This document shows positions 42,804 through 52,097 of a stretch of 64,000 nt of DNA, piece after piece. Below the pieces are notes generated by a model. The model saw only the letters and a program-made list of their open reading frames with translations. It ran no database searches and was not told where the DNA came from. The stretch is from positions 64,001 through 128,000 of the forward strand of contig CAVRCI010000007.1 of assembly GCA_963719495.1 (NCBI GenBank), in the 5' to 3' direction. Position 1 is the stretch's first letter. Every line of letters begins with the position of its first letter. Origin of the DNA: an uncultured Verrucomicrobiae bacterium (GTDB lineage: Bacteria; Verrucomicrobiota; Verrucomicrobiia; Chthoniobacterales; JAATET01). Both the position numbers and the translations under genes were made by a program.

Positions 42804-43580
42804 ATGCGAGGCCCATCAACCCACCGCCGACTTGTCCGGATTGTTTCCTACGCTTTCATTACCGTGCTCCTGAGCGCCTGCGCCGCTCACCAACCATTCT
42901 CCTATCGCCAAACGTGGCCCGGAGGCAATCCGGAGATCCTCTACACCTACAACTACGCGGACCCGGCGGCGGAAAATTACTTCCGCACCGCCGTCGACTC
43001 CACCCTCGTTCGGAACAGAGTGCTCTACGAGTTGATGGGGATTTTCGACGACTACTATTACAAGAATACCGTGAACATCCGCGACGGCGTCGTCGGGAAG
43101 AATCTGCTGGTCAGTTTTTCCGGCATCGCTACGAGCTTCGCCGCCGCGCTCGCGGGCGGCGAACAGATCAAAACTGTGCTTTCGGCGATCTCCGGCGGGC
43201 TGCAAACCATCAACGGAACTTTTGACAAAGAGGCCCTCCTCAACACCAGCGTCCAGGCTCTACGCTTTCAAATGGACGCCTCCCGGGCGGTCGTCGCCGC
43301 CGGCATCATCGAAGCCATGGACAAGAACCTCGCCGATTACCCGCTCGAGGCAGGCCTCCGCGACCTGATTCGATACTACGACGCCGGCACCGTGACGTCC
43401 GCGCTCACCGCTCTCGCCCAGACCACCGCTCTGCAAAAAGCGGCCGCGGAACAAATGGAGGCCCGGGTAGCGGGCAAGCCGAGTTTCTACCTCGATCTCG
43501 TTCCCACCGCGCCGGGCAACCTCCCAGCGGTTCAGACCCCCGTCGAATCCTCGTCTCCAAACGCTCCCGGTGGCAATTGA
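42804..43580 (+). CDS. Putative lipoprotein, helical, unknown function
   Basis: Lipobox LLSAC; central hydrophobic hairpin; YPLEAGLRDLIRYYDAGT. Confidence 0.75.
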   Translation: MRGPSTHRRLVRIVSYAFITVLLSACAAHQPFSYRQTWPGGNPEILYTYNYADPAAENYFRTAVDSTLVRNRVLYELMGIFDDYYYKNTVNIRDGVVGKNLLVSFSGIATSFAAALAGGEQIKTVLSAISGGLQTINGTFDKEALLNTSVQALRFQMDASRAVVAAGIIEAMDKNLADYPLEAGLRDLIRYYDAGTVTSALTALAQTTALQKAAAEQMEARVAGKPSFYLDLVPTAPGNLPAVQTPVESSSPNAPGGN

Positions 43581-43605
43581 TGCACGACTTTTTTTGCCAG
43601 ATTCC

Positions 43606-43836
43606 ATGAAGACGAAGACCTACAAACTGCACTTGATCGACGATATCCCCCTGCGTGATTCGACGGGAAAAGCGATTCCCGACGCTCTCGGAGCCCGCAT
43701 CGACCGCATCTACGCCGCGGAGCCCGCCCTCTCGGATTTCCGCCTGGCGACCGCTTTCGAGACGAGCGCGCCGGTCGCCGGGCTGGCTTCATCGCCCCCG
43801 CCAACCCACCTCGTCTTAATCTTCCAAGCTCCGTGA
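43606..43836 (+). CDS. Small hypothetical protein
   Basis: 76 aa filling the gap in a co-directional run. Confidence 0.55.
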   Translation: MKTKTYKLHLIDDIPLRDSTGKAIPDALGARIDRIYAAEPALSDFRLATAFETSAPVAGLASSPPPTHLVLIFQAP

Positions 43837-43843
43837 CCTCACC

Positions 43844-44512
43844 GTGATCACCAAAAAGCAGGCGATCGAGTTGGCGGTCTTTTCCTCCGCGGGAGCTGTC
43901 GGCGGAATCTTCGCATTTCTATCCGGCGTTTCCACCGGCGGCGTCACCGACAGCTCCGCTTTGGGGTTTTTGACCGCAATGCTCGGAGGAGCGATCGCCG
44001 CGGGAATTGGAATTTACCTCCTCACCGCCGCGGATACCCAACGCTTCGTTCACTGCATTTTCTTTGCGATTGTCTGCGGGATATCCTGGGAACCGGTGAT
44101 CAAGGCGGCGCAGACGCTTGTGGTTAATTCCGCCCTTGAGAGCCGCGTCAATTCGGCCAATTTCGCGATCGAGAGCACCCCGGCCAATCCGGATCCGCTC
44201 CAGATAAGTCGTCTCACGCGAGACACCGCCGACGTCATCACCCGCATCCCCTCGAGCGAAAACTCCGCGCTGCGCGTCCGGGCCAACGACACCGCCTCCG
44301 CGGCAGTCGCCGAGCTCGCAACTTCGGCGTCGACCACCCCCGAAGCAATCGAAGCGATTGCGATCCTTGGGCGCACTGCCGCCGAATCCGGCGTGCCCGG
44401 CATCGCTCGACAAGCCCGCTCCGCCCTCGAATCCGTAAGCGGTAGCGAAAGCGACTCGACGCCAGAGATTCGTGACATCGCTTCCGACGCTCTTCAGCTG
44501 ATGCCGCTCTGA
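43844..44512 (+). CDS. Membrane protein: 3 N-terminal TM helices plus helical soluble tail
   Basis: Hydrophobic segments in the first 90 aa; Ala-rich tail. Confidence 0.7.
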   Translation: MITKKQAIELAVFSSAGAVGGIFAFLSGVSTGGVTDSSALGFLTAMLGGAIAAGIGIYLLTAADTQRFVHCIFFAIVCGISWEPVIKAAQTLVVNSALESRVNSANFAIESTPANPDPLQISRLTRDTADVITRIPSSENSALRVRANDTASAAVAELATSASTTPEAIEAIAILGRTAAESGVPGIARQARSALESVSGSESDSTPEIRDIASDALQLMPL

Positions 44513-44552
44513 AATCCCATTCGGCCCAAGCAGACTCGATCCCAACAACCTT

Positions 44553-45839
44553 ATGACCACCCAGGAAGCCCGCGCCCTTCTGAATCTGACCATCGACTTC
44601 CTACCAGTCGGAAGCAGCAATCGTCCGAGCACTCCGCTCCGCCCCGCCCAGATCACCATCCACAACACGGACAACGCCGCCCCCTCCGCCGACGCGAGCG
44701 CCCACGCGAGATATCTCAAAGGTCCCGACGCCCGGCAGCGGCAAGTCTCGTGGCACTTCACCGTCGATGATCAATCCGTTTATCAAAGTCTGCCCGTCTG
44801 GGAGATTGGCTGGCATTCCGGCTCCGGCAATGCGACATCAATCGCCGTCGAAATCTGCGAGAATCACGGCATCGATCAACCCGCAGCCAACGACCGTGCG
44901 GCCCAACTCGTTGCGATACTCGCGAGGGAACACGGCATCTCGCCATCCGGCGGAATCTTGCAGCACCACTACTGGAGCGGGAAAGATTGCCCGAAACTCC
45001 TACGGCGTGGGTCCGGCTGGGACGATTTTCTTGCCACCGTCGCCACGTATCATCGATCCCTCGAAGCCTGTCCCGGTAACGAATGCACCATCCTGGTGGA
45101 ATCGGCTTCTTCGGAAGTCGCTGCATCTCTAAACGCCTCGATCTCCCTCGCTTCAGCGCTCGAGCTCTTTGAGACGCCCCCGTCATCCGCCGCAAATTCA
45201 GCGGGATCGTCGCGCACCACGGGACTCCGCGGGTCCGTTCGAAGGGCGGATGACGGGTCCGTCGTGACCGACGCTTCGGAGACCATCTCGGCGAGGCGCG
45301 AACAAAAAGATTTCGGCTCGAGGACGGCCCGGCAGGTCCGCACCTCCAGAGGTGACTACTCCTCGGTCGACCAATTTGGATACAGTTGGCAGGACCGCGA
45401 TCTGCCTCGAGTGGAACTTCTGACCAATCGGAGTGGCCTTGGTGGCCCTCCCGTCATCGCAGGAAAAGCGACCTACTTTGGCAAATACGATCTCGCGGAC
45501 GAAGGCACCGGAACGCCGGCGCTCAAGATCGTACAAACGAACAGCAGCGTATTCGGGGTCTCGATCCCCAAGGGCAAACTAATTGAACTCGGCCTCGCCA
45601 AAATTTCAGGATCTACCTGGAAAGTTCTCGGAGCGGGTCTCGTCGCGCTGGTGGAGGTTTATTGTCCTGCGACGCGACGGCTCGCACGACTACCGCTCGT
45701 CGACGTTGGTCCCGGATCCTCGTCCGACGCCAAGGCCGATCTCACGGTAGCCGCGGCCGCCTGGCTGCTCGACGACTTCGAAGAAAAGGCCAAAGGCTAT
45801 CGCCTCGCCAATCTCAAGGTAGAAATCCGGATCGTCTGA
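44553..45839 (+). CDS. Amidase_2 N-acetylmuramoyl-L-alanine amidase fused to a possible RlpA-like DPBB domain
   Basis: ITIHNT, SWHFTVDD, WHSG, SIAVEIC, QHHYWSGKDCP; C-terminal GKATYFG...VDVGP...DLT. Confidence 0.85.
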   Translation: MTTQEARALLNLTIDFLPVGSSNRPSTPLRPAQITIHNTDNAAPSADASAHARYLKGPDARQRQVSWHFTVDDQSVYQSLPVWEIGWHSGSGNATSIAVEICENHGIDQPAANDRAAQLVAILAREHGISPSGGILQHHYWSGKDCPKLLRRGSGWDDFLATVATYHRSLEACPGNECTILVESASSEVAASLNASISLASALELFETPPSSAANSAGSSRTTGLRGSVRRADDGSVVTDASETISARREQKDFGSRTARQVRTSRGDYSSVDQFGYSWQDRDLPRVELLTNRSGLGGPPVIAGKATYFGKYDLADEGTGTPALKIVQTNSSVFGVSIPKGKLIELGLAKISGSTWKVLGAGLVALVEVYCPATRRLARLPLVDVGPGSSSDAKADLTVAAAAWLLDDFEEKAKGYRLANLKVEIRIV

Positions 45840-45987
45840 CTCGCGCCGTCGCGCCACGTCCACTCGATGCCCCGGGGCCACCGACCGGGGTCCATCCGCT
45901 GTTCAGCTGCCTACCTCGGTCATTATGCCGCGCCCTCCGGCCCTTGGTGCTCTGTTCAAATCACCCTCCTCGTGTAACCTCCGCCCG

Positions 45988-46749
45988 ATGTCCCTTCTCG
46001 CCACCCTCGAACGCCGCTTCGGCCGTTTCGCCATCCCCGGCCTCATCCGTTACGTCGTCGTCCTCAACGCCCTCGTCTTTCTCCTCGTCAAGCTGGACCC
46101 CCGCTACGTCACCGCCCTCGTCCTCGACCGTGATCTCATTCTCCAGGGCGAGGTCTGGCGGCTGGTCACCTGGATCTTCGTGCCCAATACCCTCGACTTC
46201 CTTTGGATCCTCCTCGTCCTCTACTTCACGTGGTTCCTCGGTGATCTGCTCGAGGGCGCGTGGGGCACTTTCAAGCTGAACCTCTACTACCTCGTCGGCT
46301 ACTTCGGCTGCACCCTCGCCGCCTTCCTGCCCGGAATCCCCTTCGCCAACGGCGCGCTCGTCGCCTCCCTCCTCTTCGCCGTCGGCACGGTGCTGCCGAA
46401 TTTCCAGATCCTGATCCTCTTCATCATCCCGGCCAAAATCAAATGGGTCGCCCTCATCTCAGCCGCCCTCTACGCGCTCACCGCCCTCACCGGCGATTGG
46501 GCCACCCGCGGAGCCATCGTGATCACCTTCGCGAACTATCTCCTCTTCTTCGGCCCCGCCTTCGTCAACCAACTCCGGGATTCCCAAAAAACCGCCACCC
46601 GCCGCGCGAAGTTCGAGTCGGCCAAGGATCGGTCGGAGACCCTGCACCGCTGCGAAACGTGCAACCGCACCGAAGTCAGCGATCCCGATCTCGATTTCCG
46701 CGTCACCGCCGCCGGCCACGAATACTGCACGGACCACCTGCCGAAGTAG
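45988..46749 (+). CDS. Conserved membrane protein (rhomboid/Der1-like) with C-terminal Cys/His motif
   Basis: LERRFGRFAIPGL, GEVWRLVT, HRCETC...EYCTDH. Confidence 0.8.
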   Translation: MSLLATLERRFGRFAIPGLIRYVVVLNALVFLLVKLDPRYVTALVLDRDLILQGEVWRLVTWIFVPNTLDFLWILLVLYFTWFLGDLLEGAWGTFKLNLYYLVGYFGCTLAAFLPGIPFANGALVASLLFAVGTVLPNFQILILFIIPAKIKWVALISAALYALTALTGDWATRGAIVITFANYLLFFGPAFVNQLRDSQKTATRRAKFESAKDRSETLHRCETCNRTEVSDPDLDFRVTAAGHEYCTDHLPK

Positions 46750-46801
46750 GCCCGTTTCCGGGTTTGGATCATCGCGCCCGGGCGACGATCACGATCCGTC
46801 A

Positions 46802-47494
46802 TCACACCTCGAACCCCGCCGCCGACACCGCGGCCCGCAATTTCTCCTTCCCCGCGGATTCGATCACCTCCCCATGGCCGACGATCACCCGGTCGAAATC
46901 CCATTCCAGAATCGCCACCACCGCCGCCTGAAAAGCCGCTCGATCCTTGATTCCAGCCTTCACCGGACGCGAGACGCCCGGATTGTGATCGCTGCCGACC
47001 GCCCCCCACAGCAGCACCTTCGTCCAAAGATCCTCGCCGGGGCCGAAATTGAACAGCAGCTCGGTGACGATCAAAGTCCGCGACGGCACGTGCAGCATCA
47101 CCGTCTCGCGCATCGACGGCATCCCGCCCACCTCCAGCGTCACCAACTCGCCGTCCCATTCCGGCGGAGCCGGGACCAGCGCCCCGGTCTCGAACCCCAC
47201 GATCTCCCCGAATCCCGGCGGAGCCAGATAGGGAATCTTCGGAAACGCCTCCCGCCCGGCGCCGGCGAACGTGTCGTGTCGCAGCACTCCGTCCAGAATC
47301 CAGCCCGGCTCGCCCAGCTCCCGGATCGCCGTCACGTCCGCCGGGGAGAAGGGGCCCGTCGAGTGAATAACGGTCCGCCCCGACCCGAGCCGGATCACGG
47401 TCACGTTCCGCCGGAAATCCGCCCCCAGCAGCCGCAGCGGATAGGCTCGCAACCACAAATTCGCCGCAACCTCTTCGAAAGAATCCTCACTCAT
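46802..47494 (-). CDS. DUF4336-like protein
   Basis: TVIRL...IHS, E.V..H.PSRTLIVT.L, WDFDRVIVGHG. Confidence 0.75.
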   Translation of the reverse strand: MSEDSFEEVAANLWLRAYPLRLLGADFRRNVTVIRLGSGRTVIHSTGPFSPADVTAIRELGEPGWILDGVLRHDTFAGAGREAFPKIPYLAPPGFGEIVGFETGALVPAPPEWDGELVTLEVGGMPSMRETVMLHVPSRTLIVTELLFNFGPGEDLWTKVLLWGAVGSDHNPGVSRPVKAGIKDRAAFQAAVVAILEWDFDRVIVGHGEVIESAGKEKLRAAVSAAGFEV

Positions 47495-47583
47495 CCACCC
47501 CCAATACCCCGCGGGCCGTCCAACCCCAACCCAATCCTTAAAATTCTGTAAATCCTCTCCGCATCTGCATTAGGTTTCGCTCC

Positions 47584-48474
47584 ATGCCCGCCCAATCCGG
47601 AAAAGTCAAAATCGGCCTCGTGCAGAGCCGAAGCAGCTCCGACCCCGCCGAGAATCTCGCCATCGCCGAGCGGGCCATCCGCTCCGCCGCCGAGCGGGGA
47701 GCCCAGATCATTTGTCTCCAGGAGCTCTTCCTCACGCCCTACTTCTGCCAGAACGAAGACCACGCGAATTTCGAGCTCGCCGAGTCCGTCCCCGGCCCCA
47801 CCACGGAATCTCTCTCGGGCCTCGCCGCCGAACTCGGCGTCGTCCTCGTCGCCTCACTCTTCGAGCGCCGCGCGCCCGGCGTCTACCACAACACCGCCGC
47901 CGTGATCGACGCCGACGGCACCTACCTCGGCAAATACCGGAAGATGCACATCCCGGACGACCCACTCTTCTACGAAAAGTTCTACTTCACGCCCGGCGAC
48001 CTCGGATTCCAGGCCTACGACACCAAATACGGTCGCATCGGCGTCCTCGTTTGCTGGGATCAATGGTATCCCGAAGCCGCCCGCCTCACCGCCCTCCGCG
48101 GCGCGCAGATTCTCTTCTACCCCACCGCCATCGGCTGGCATCCATCGGAGAAAAACGATTACGGCGCGCGCCAACACTCCGCCTGGGAGACCGTCCAACG
48201 CGGTCACGCCGTCGCGAATGGCTGCTACGTCGCCGCGCCGAATCGCGTCGGCCTCGAGACGCCGATCGGCGGCGATGGCATCGAATTCTGGGGGCAATCG
48301 TTCGTCTGCGACCCCTCGGGCATCATTCTCGACAAAGCCCCGGTCGACGAGGAAGCCATCCTGGTGACCGAGATCGACCTCGGTTCCGTCGACACGCAGC
48401 GCACCCACTGGCCCTTCCTGCGCGACCGCCGGATCGACGCCTACGGGGAGATCACCCGGCGGCTCATCGATTGA
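47584..48474 (+). CDS. Carbon-nitrogen hydrolase, N-carbamoylputrescine amidase-like
   Basis: LQELF, YRKMHIPDDP, CWDQWYPE, WPFLRDRR. Confidence 0.9.
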   Translation: MPAQSGKVKIGLVQSRSSSDPAENLAIAERAIRSAAERGAQIICLQELFLTPYFCQNEDHANFELAESVPGPTTESLSGLAAELGVVLVASLFERRAPGVYHNTAAVIDADGTYLGKYRKMHIPDDPLFYEKFYFTPGDLGFQAYDTKYGRIGVLVCWDQWYPEAARLTALRGAQILFYPTAIGWHPSEKNDYGARQHSAWETVQRGHAVANGCYVAAPNRVGLETPIGGDGIEFWGQSFVCDPSGIILDKAPVDEEAILVTEIDLGSVDTQRTHWPFLRDRRIDAYGEITRRLID

Positions 48475-48479
48475 TCCGG

Positions 48480-49250
48480 ATGCCCGCACCGCACCCGATC
48501 CGGCACTCCCGATCCCACGATTTCCGACACCTCATCCGGCGTTGGCGCACCGCGATCCGCCCGACGGGACTCGTTCTGCGGAAGTTCGGCGAGGCCTCCG
48601 ATTTCCCACTGCATTACGCGGAGACCCGGCGCCCGCTCCCCGACCGTCCCTGGATCTACGCCTCGGCCGGCATTCACGGCGACGAAACCGGGGCAACCGA
48701 AGGACTACTCACCTGGCTGGAGCGCCATCCCGAGCGGATCGAGCAATTCAACTTCCTCCTCTTCCCCTGCCTCAACCCGTGGGGACTCGTGAACAACGTT
48801 CGCACCGACGAGGCCGGACGCGACCTCAACCGCAGCTACCGCGACGACTCCATCCCGCAGACCGCCGCGCACAGAACCCTCCTGCGGGGACGGCATTTCG
48901 CTTGCGCGCTCGCGCTGCACGAAGACTACGACGCCACCGGGGCCTACGTTTACGAGGTCCAGCGATCCAAACCCTTCTGGGGCGAAGAGCTGCTCGCCGC
49001 CGCCGCCCGGCACGTTCCGATCGACAACCGCAAGTCCATCGAGGGCCGCTCGGCGCGCACCGGCCTCATTCGGCGGCGGGTCGACCCCGAATTGATGCCG
49101 CACCATCCCGAGGCGTTCGTGCTGCACTTCCACCACGCCGACCGGACCTTCACCATCGAGACCCCGTCGGAATATTCAATCGACGTCCGGGTCGAGACCC
49201 ACGTTCGCGTCGTCGAACGAGCCGTCGAACTCTGCGCCGAAGCCACTTGA
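48480..49250 (+). CDS. M14 / succinylglutamate desuccinylase-like zinc hydrolase
   Basis: SAGIHGDE, NPWG, DLNR, LHED, TIETPS. Confidence 0.85.
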   Translation: MPAPHPIRHSRSHDFRHLIRRWRTAIRPTGLVLRKFGEASDFPLHYAETRRPLPDRPWIYASAGIHGDETGATEGLLTWLERHPERIEQFNFLLFPCLNPWGLVNNVRTDEAGRDLNRSYRDDSIPQTAAHRTLLRGRHFACALALHEDYDATGAYVYEVQRSKPFWGEELLAAAARHVPIDNRKSIEGRSARTGLIRRRVDPELMPHHPEAFVLHFHHADRTFTIETPSEYSIDVRVETHVRVVERAVELCAEAT

Positions 49251-49314
49251 AACTCATTGGCGCTATTTACATCCCGCCCAATCTCAATAACGTAAACCGA
49301 GTTTCCAATTCCCT

Positions 49315-50463
49315 GTGCAGCGCACCGCCCTCCTCCTCGCTTTTCTCGTCGGCCTCGTCCCCACCTTCGCCGACACCGTGCTCACCAAGTCCGGTCAGCG
49401 CATCGACGGGAAAATCATCGACGAAACGCCGGAATTCGTGACCATCGAAGTCCCATTTTCCGAGACGATCATGGAGAAAAGGATCATCGCACGCGCCGAC
49501 ATTGCCGCGGTCGAGAAAGTGGCGTCCGAAGACATCGCCTTCAAACGCCTGCAGGCCACGCCCGACCCCGACACTGCCCTTTCCCCCGACGCCATCAACG
49601 CAATGCTCGACGGTCGGCTCCGCCCCTTCGTCGCGGAGCATCCAAATTTCGCCCAGCTACCGGAGCTGAAGAAGCGCATCGAGGCGCTCGAAGCCGAGGC
49701 CGAGCGCCTCGAGGCCGGCGAGGTCAAACTCTTCGGTTGGTGGATCCCGCCGGGCGAACAAACCGCGGAGAAAACCCAGATCGAAGCCACCCGACTCTTC
49801 GTCGCGATGCAAAAATCAGCCGACAACGACGCGTTCGGCGCCGTGTTGAACGAGTTCGCCATTCTCGACGCGAGGTATTCCGGCACCATCGCCTACGTCC
49901 GTGCGGTGCCCCTGGCCCGCGAGGCCGCCGAGAAACTCATCGGGCAGCTCGACTTCGCCATCTCGAACGTCGGCCTCACGCTCGCCGAGCGTCAGCAGAC
50001 TCTGGGTCGCGCCGGGATCGCCGATCGTGCGCAGGTCCAGGCGGCCCTCGATCGGCAGGATGCCTACGCGGTCACGCTCGCCGACCGGGCCCGGACCACC
50101 AAACAGGAGTTTTATCAGATCCTCGCCTACGACGAAAAGGGACTCCAAACGATGCGTGACGCCGCGACCAAAGTCCTGGCCAATCTTCGGAAAGTCGACC
50201 TCGCCCCGCTCGAGCGAGCCGTCCCGGACGTCGTGCGCACGAACGCCTTCATCGCCGACGGCAACCTTGCCGCCGCCCGGACGACCCTCGCCCGCGTCGA
50301 AGACAATTGGCCAAAATACGAAGGTCTCGGTCGGCTAAAACTGCGCATCACCGCCGAAGAGCGAACCATCGCGGACCGGAAAAAAGCCGCGGAAGCCGCC
50401 GCCGAGGCCGCCGCAAAAGCCGCCGCCACGTCACCCAAGCCCACTGCGAAACCCGCGCAGTAA
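49315..50463 (+). CDS. Secreted helical hypothetical protein
   Basis: Signal peptide, ADTVLTKSGQRIDGKI, long helical body. Confidence 0.78.
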   Translation: MQRTALLLAFLVGLVPTFADTVLTKSGQRIDGKIIDETPEFVTIEVPFSETIMEKRIIARADIAAVEKVASEDIAFKRLQATPDPDTALSPDAINAMLDGRLRPFVAEHPNFAQLPELKKRIEALEAEAERLEAGEVKLFGWWIPPGEQTAEKTQIEATRLFVAMQKSADNDAFGAVLNEFAILDARYSGTIAYVRAVPLAREAAEKLIGQLDFAISNVGLTLAERQQTLGRAGIADRAQVQAALDRQDAYAVTLADRARTTKQEFYQILAYDEKGLQTMRDAATKVLANLRKVDLAPLERAVPDVVRTNAFIADGNLAAARTTLARVEDNWPKYEGLGRLKLRITAEERTIADRKKAAEAAAEAAAKAAATSPKPTAKPAQ

Positions 50464-50505
50464 CCCGACATTCCTGCCATCAGCCCCGAGCCACCAGCCC
50501 CGCGC

Positions 50506-51144
50506 GTGGGCATCGTCGACTACGGCAGCGGTAATCTCCGCAGCGCCTTCAAAGCCGCCCAGCGGTGCGGCGGCGATTGCTCGTTCGTCCGGAATCCGTC
50601 CGACGTCGCCGCCTGCGACGCCCTGATCGTTCCGGGTCAGGGTTCGTTCGGCGACTGCGCCCGCAACCTTCTCGCCTCCGGCCTCTGGACCCCGATTCAG
50701 GATTGGATCGCCGCCGACCGGCCCTTCCTCGGCATCTGCGTGGGTTATCAACTCCTCTTCGAGACCAGCGAAGAATCGCCCGACCAACCGGGTCTCGGCG
50801 TGTTCGAAGGCACCGTTCGCCGTTTCCCGCACAACCACCTCAAGGTGCCTCACATGGGCTGGAACCGCCTCACCTGCCAGCCATCCGACCGCCTCTACCA
50901 CGGCCTCCCCGATCCGGTCGAAGTCTACTTCGTCCACTCCTACTACCCCGACCCCGCCGACCCGGCCATCGTCTCCGCCACCTGTGAATACGGCCTCACC
51001 TTTGCCGCCAGCGTCTCGCGCGGCAACCTGAGCGCCACCCAGTTCCACCCGGAAAAAAGTCAGAGAACGGGCCTGGCGATCATGACAAATTTCATCACGT
51101 CAGTCTCGCGACTCGAAAATCGAGAGTCAAAAATCGAAAGTTAA
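50506..51144 (+). CDS. hisH: Imidazole glycerol phosphate synthase glutaminase subunit
   Basis: DYGSGNL, LGICVG, VPHMGWN, YFVHSY, QFHPEKS. Confidence 0.96.
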   Translation: MGIVDYGSGNLRSAFKAAQRCGGDCSFVRNPSDVAACDALIVPGQGSFGDCARNLLASGLWTPIQDWIAADRPFLGICVGYQLLFETSEESPDQPGLGVFEGTVRRFPHNHLKVPHMGWNRLTCQPSDRLYHGLPDPVEVYFVHSYYPDPADPAIVSATCEYGLTFAASVSRGNLSATQFHPEKSQRTGLAIMTNFITSVSRLENRESKIES

Positions 51145-51145
51145 G

Positions 51146-51865
51146 ATGCTCCTCCTGCCCGCCATCGACCTCATGAACGGCGAGGTCGTCCGTCTCCGCC
51201 GCGGCGAGAAGACGGAGAAGACCGTCTACTCCTCCGACCCAGCCGCCTTTGCCGCCAAGTGGGAAGCCGAGGGCGGTGACTGGATCCACGTGGTCGACCT
51301 CGACGCGGCTTTCTCCGGCGAGACGACGAACCTCGATTCCGTCCGCGCGATTTGCTCCGCCGTCGGCGTCCCCTGCGAACTCGGCGGCGGCATTCGATCC
51401 CACGACGCCATCGAAGCCGCCTTCCAAGCCGGCGTGGCCCGCGTCGTCCTCGGCACCCGCGCCAGCGAGTCGATCGACTTCGTCGCGGAAGCGTGCCGGC
51501 GTTTCGGCGGCGACCGCATCGCCGTCGGCATCGACGCCCGCGATGGCCTCGTCGCGGTCAGGGGATGGACCGAGACGACCAACCAGCCCGCCAGCGAACT
51601 TGCCCACGCCGCCCAATCAGCCGGAGTCGGCACGATCATCTACACCGACATCGCGACCGACGGGATGCTGACTGGCCCGAATTTCCCCGAGCTCGACCGG
51701 CTCGTGGCCGGACTCGACTGCCAGGTCGTCGCGAGTGGCGGCGTATCCTCGGCGGACGATCTTCGTCGCCTCGCGAAGAACCCGAAACTCTACGGAGCGA
51801 TCATCGGCAAAGCCCTCTACGACGGCCACATCACCGGAAATCTTCGGGAAATCATCGGAAACTGA
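51146..51865 (+). CDS. hisA: ProFAR isomerase
   Basis: PAIDL..G.VVRL, HVVDLD, GGGIR, YTDIATDG, IIGKALY. Confidence 0.96.
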   Translation: MLLLPAIDLMNGEVVRLRRGEKTEKTVYSSDPAAFAAKWEAEGGDWIHVVDLDAAFSGETTNLDSVRAICSAVGVPCELGGGIRSHDAIEAAFQAGVARVVLGTRASESIDFVAEACRRFGGDRIAVGIDARDGLVAVRGWTETTNQPASELAHAAQSAGVGTIIYTDIATDGMLTGPNFPELDRLVAGLDCQVVASGGVSSADDLRRLAKNPKLYGAIIGKALYDGHITGNLREIIGN

Positions 51866-51910
51866 CGGAGCCCGGCCAACGGTCAGCCGCAAAGCGGCCT
51901 CCACCCCCCC

Positions 51911-52035
51911 GTCATGTTGAGCGAAGCGAAACATCTCCGGCTGACACTTCCTGAACTACCTGAGTGAAGGACCGCGACCGTTCCTCGGAATACGGTGAGA
52001 AATCAGAGATTCTTCACTCCGTTCAGAATGACAGC
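51911..52035. repeat. Inverted pair of family A repeats between convergent hisA and xylA
   Basis: gtcatgttgagcgaagcgaaacatct at 51911; reverse tgtcattctgaacggagtgaagaatct at 52006-52035. Confidence 0.8.
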
Positions 52036-52097
52036 ATTGGACGACTCGTCCGCTTCGCGGGCAATCCGACCGCCGCTCGCGAAGCAGAACCAGTCGA

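Noticed and set aside
42804..45839. Prophage
   Set aside because: No integrase, terminase, structural genes or att repeats seen
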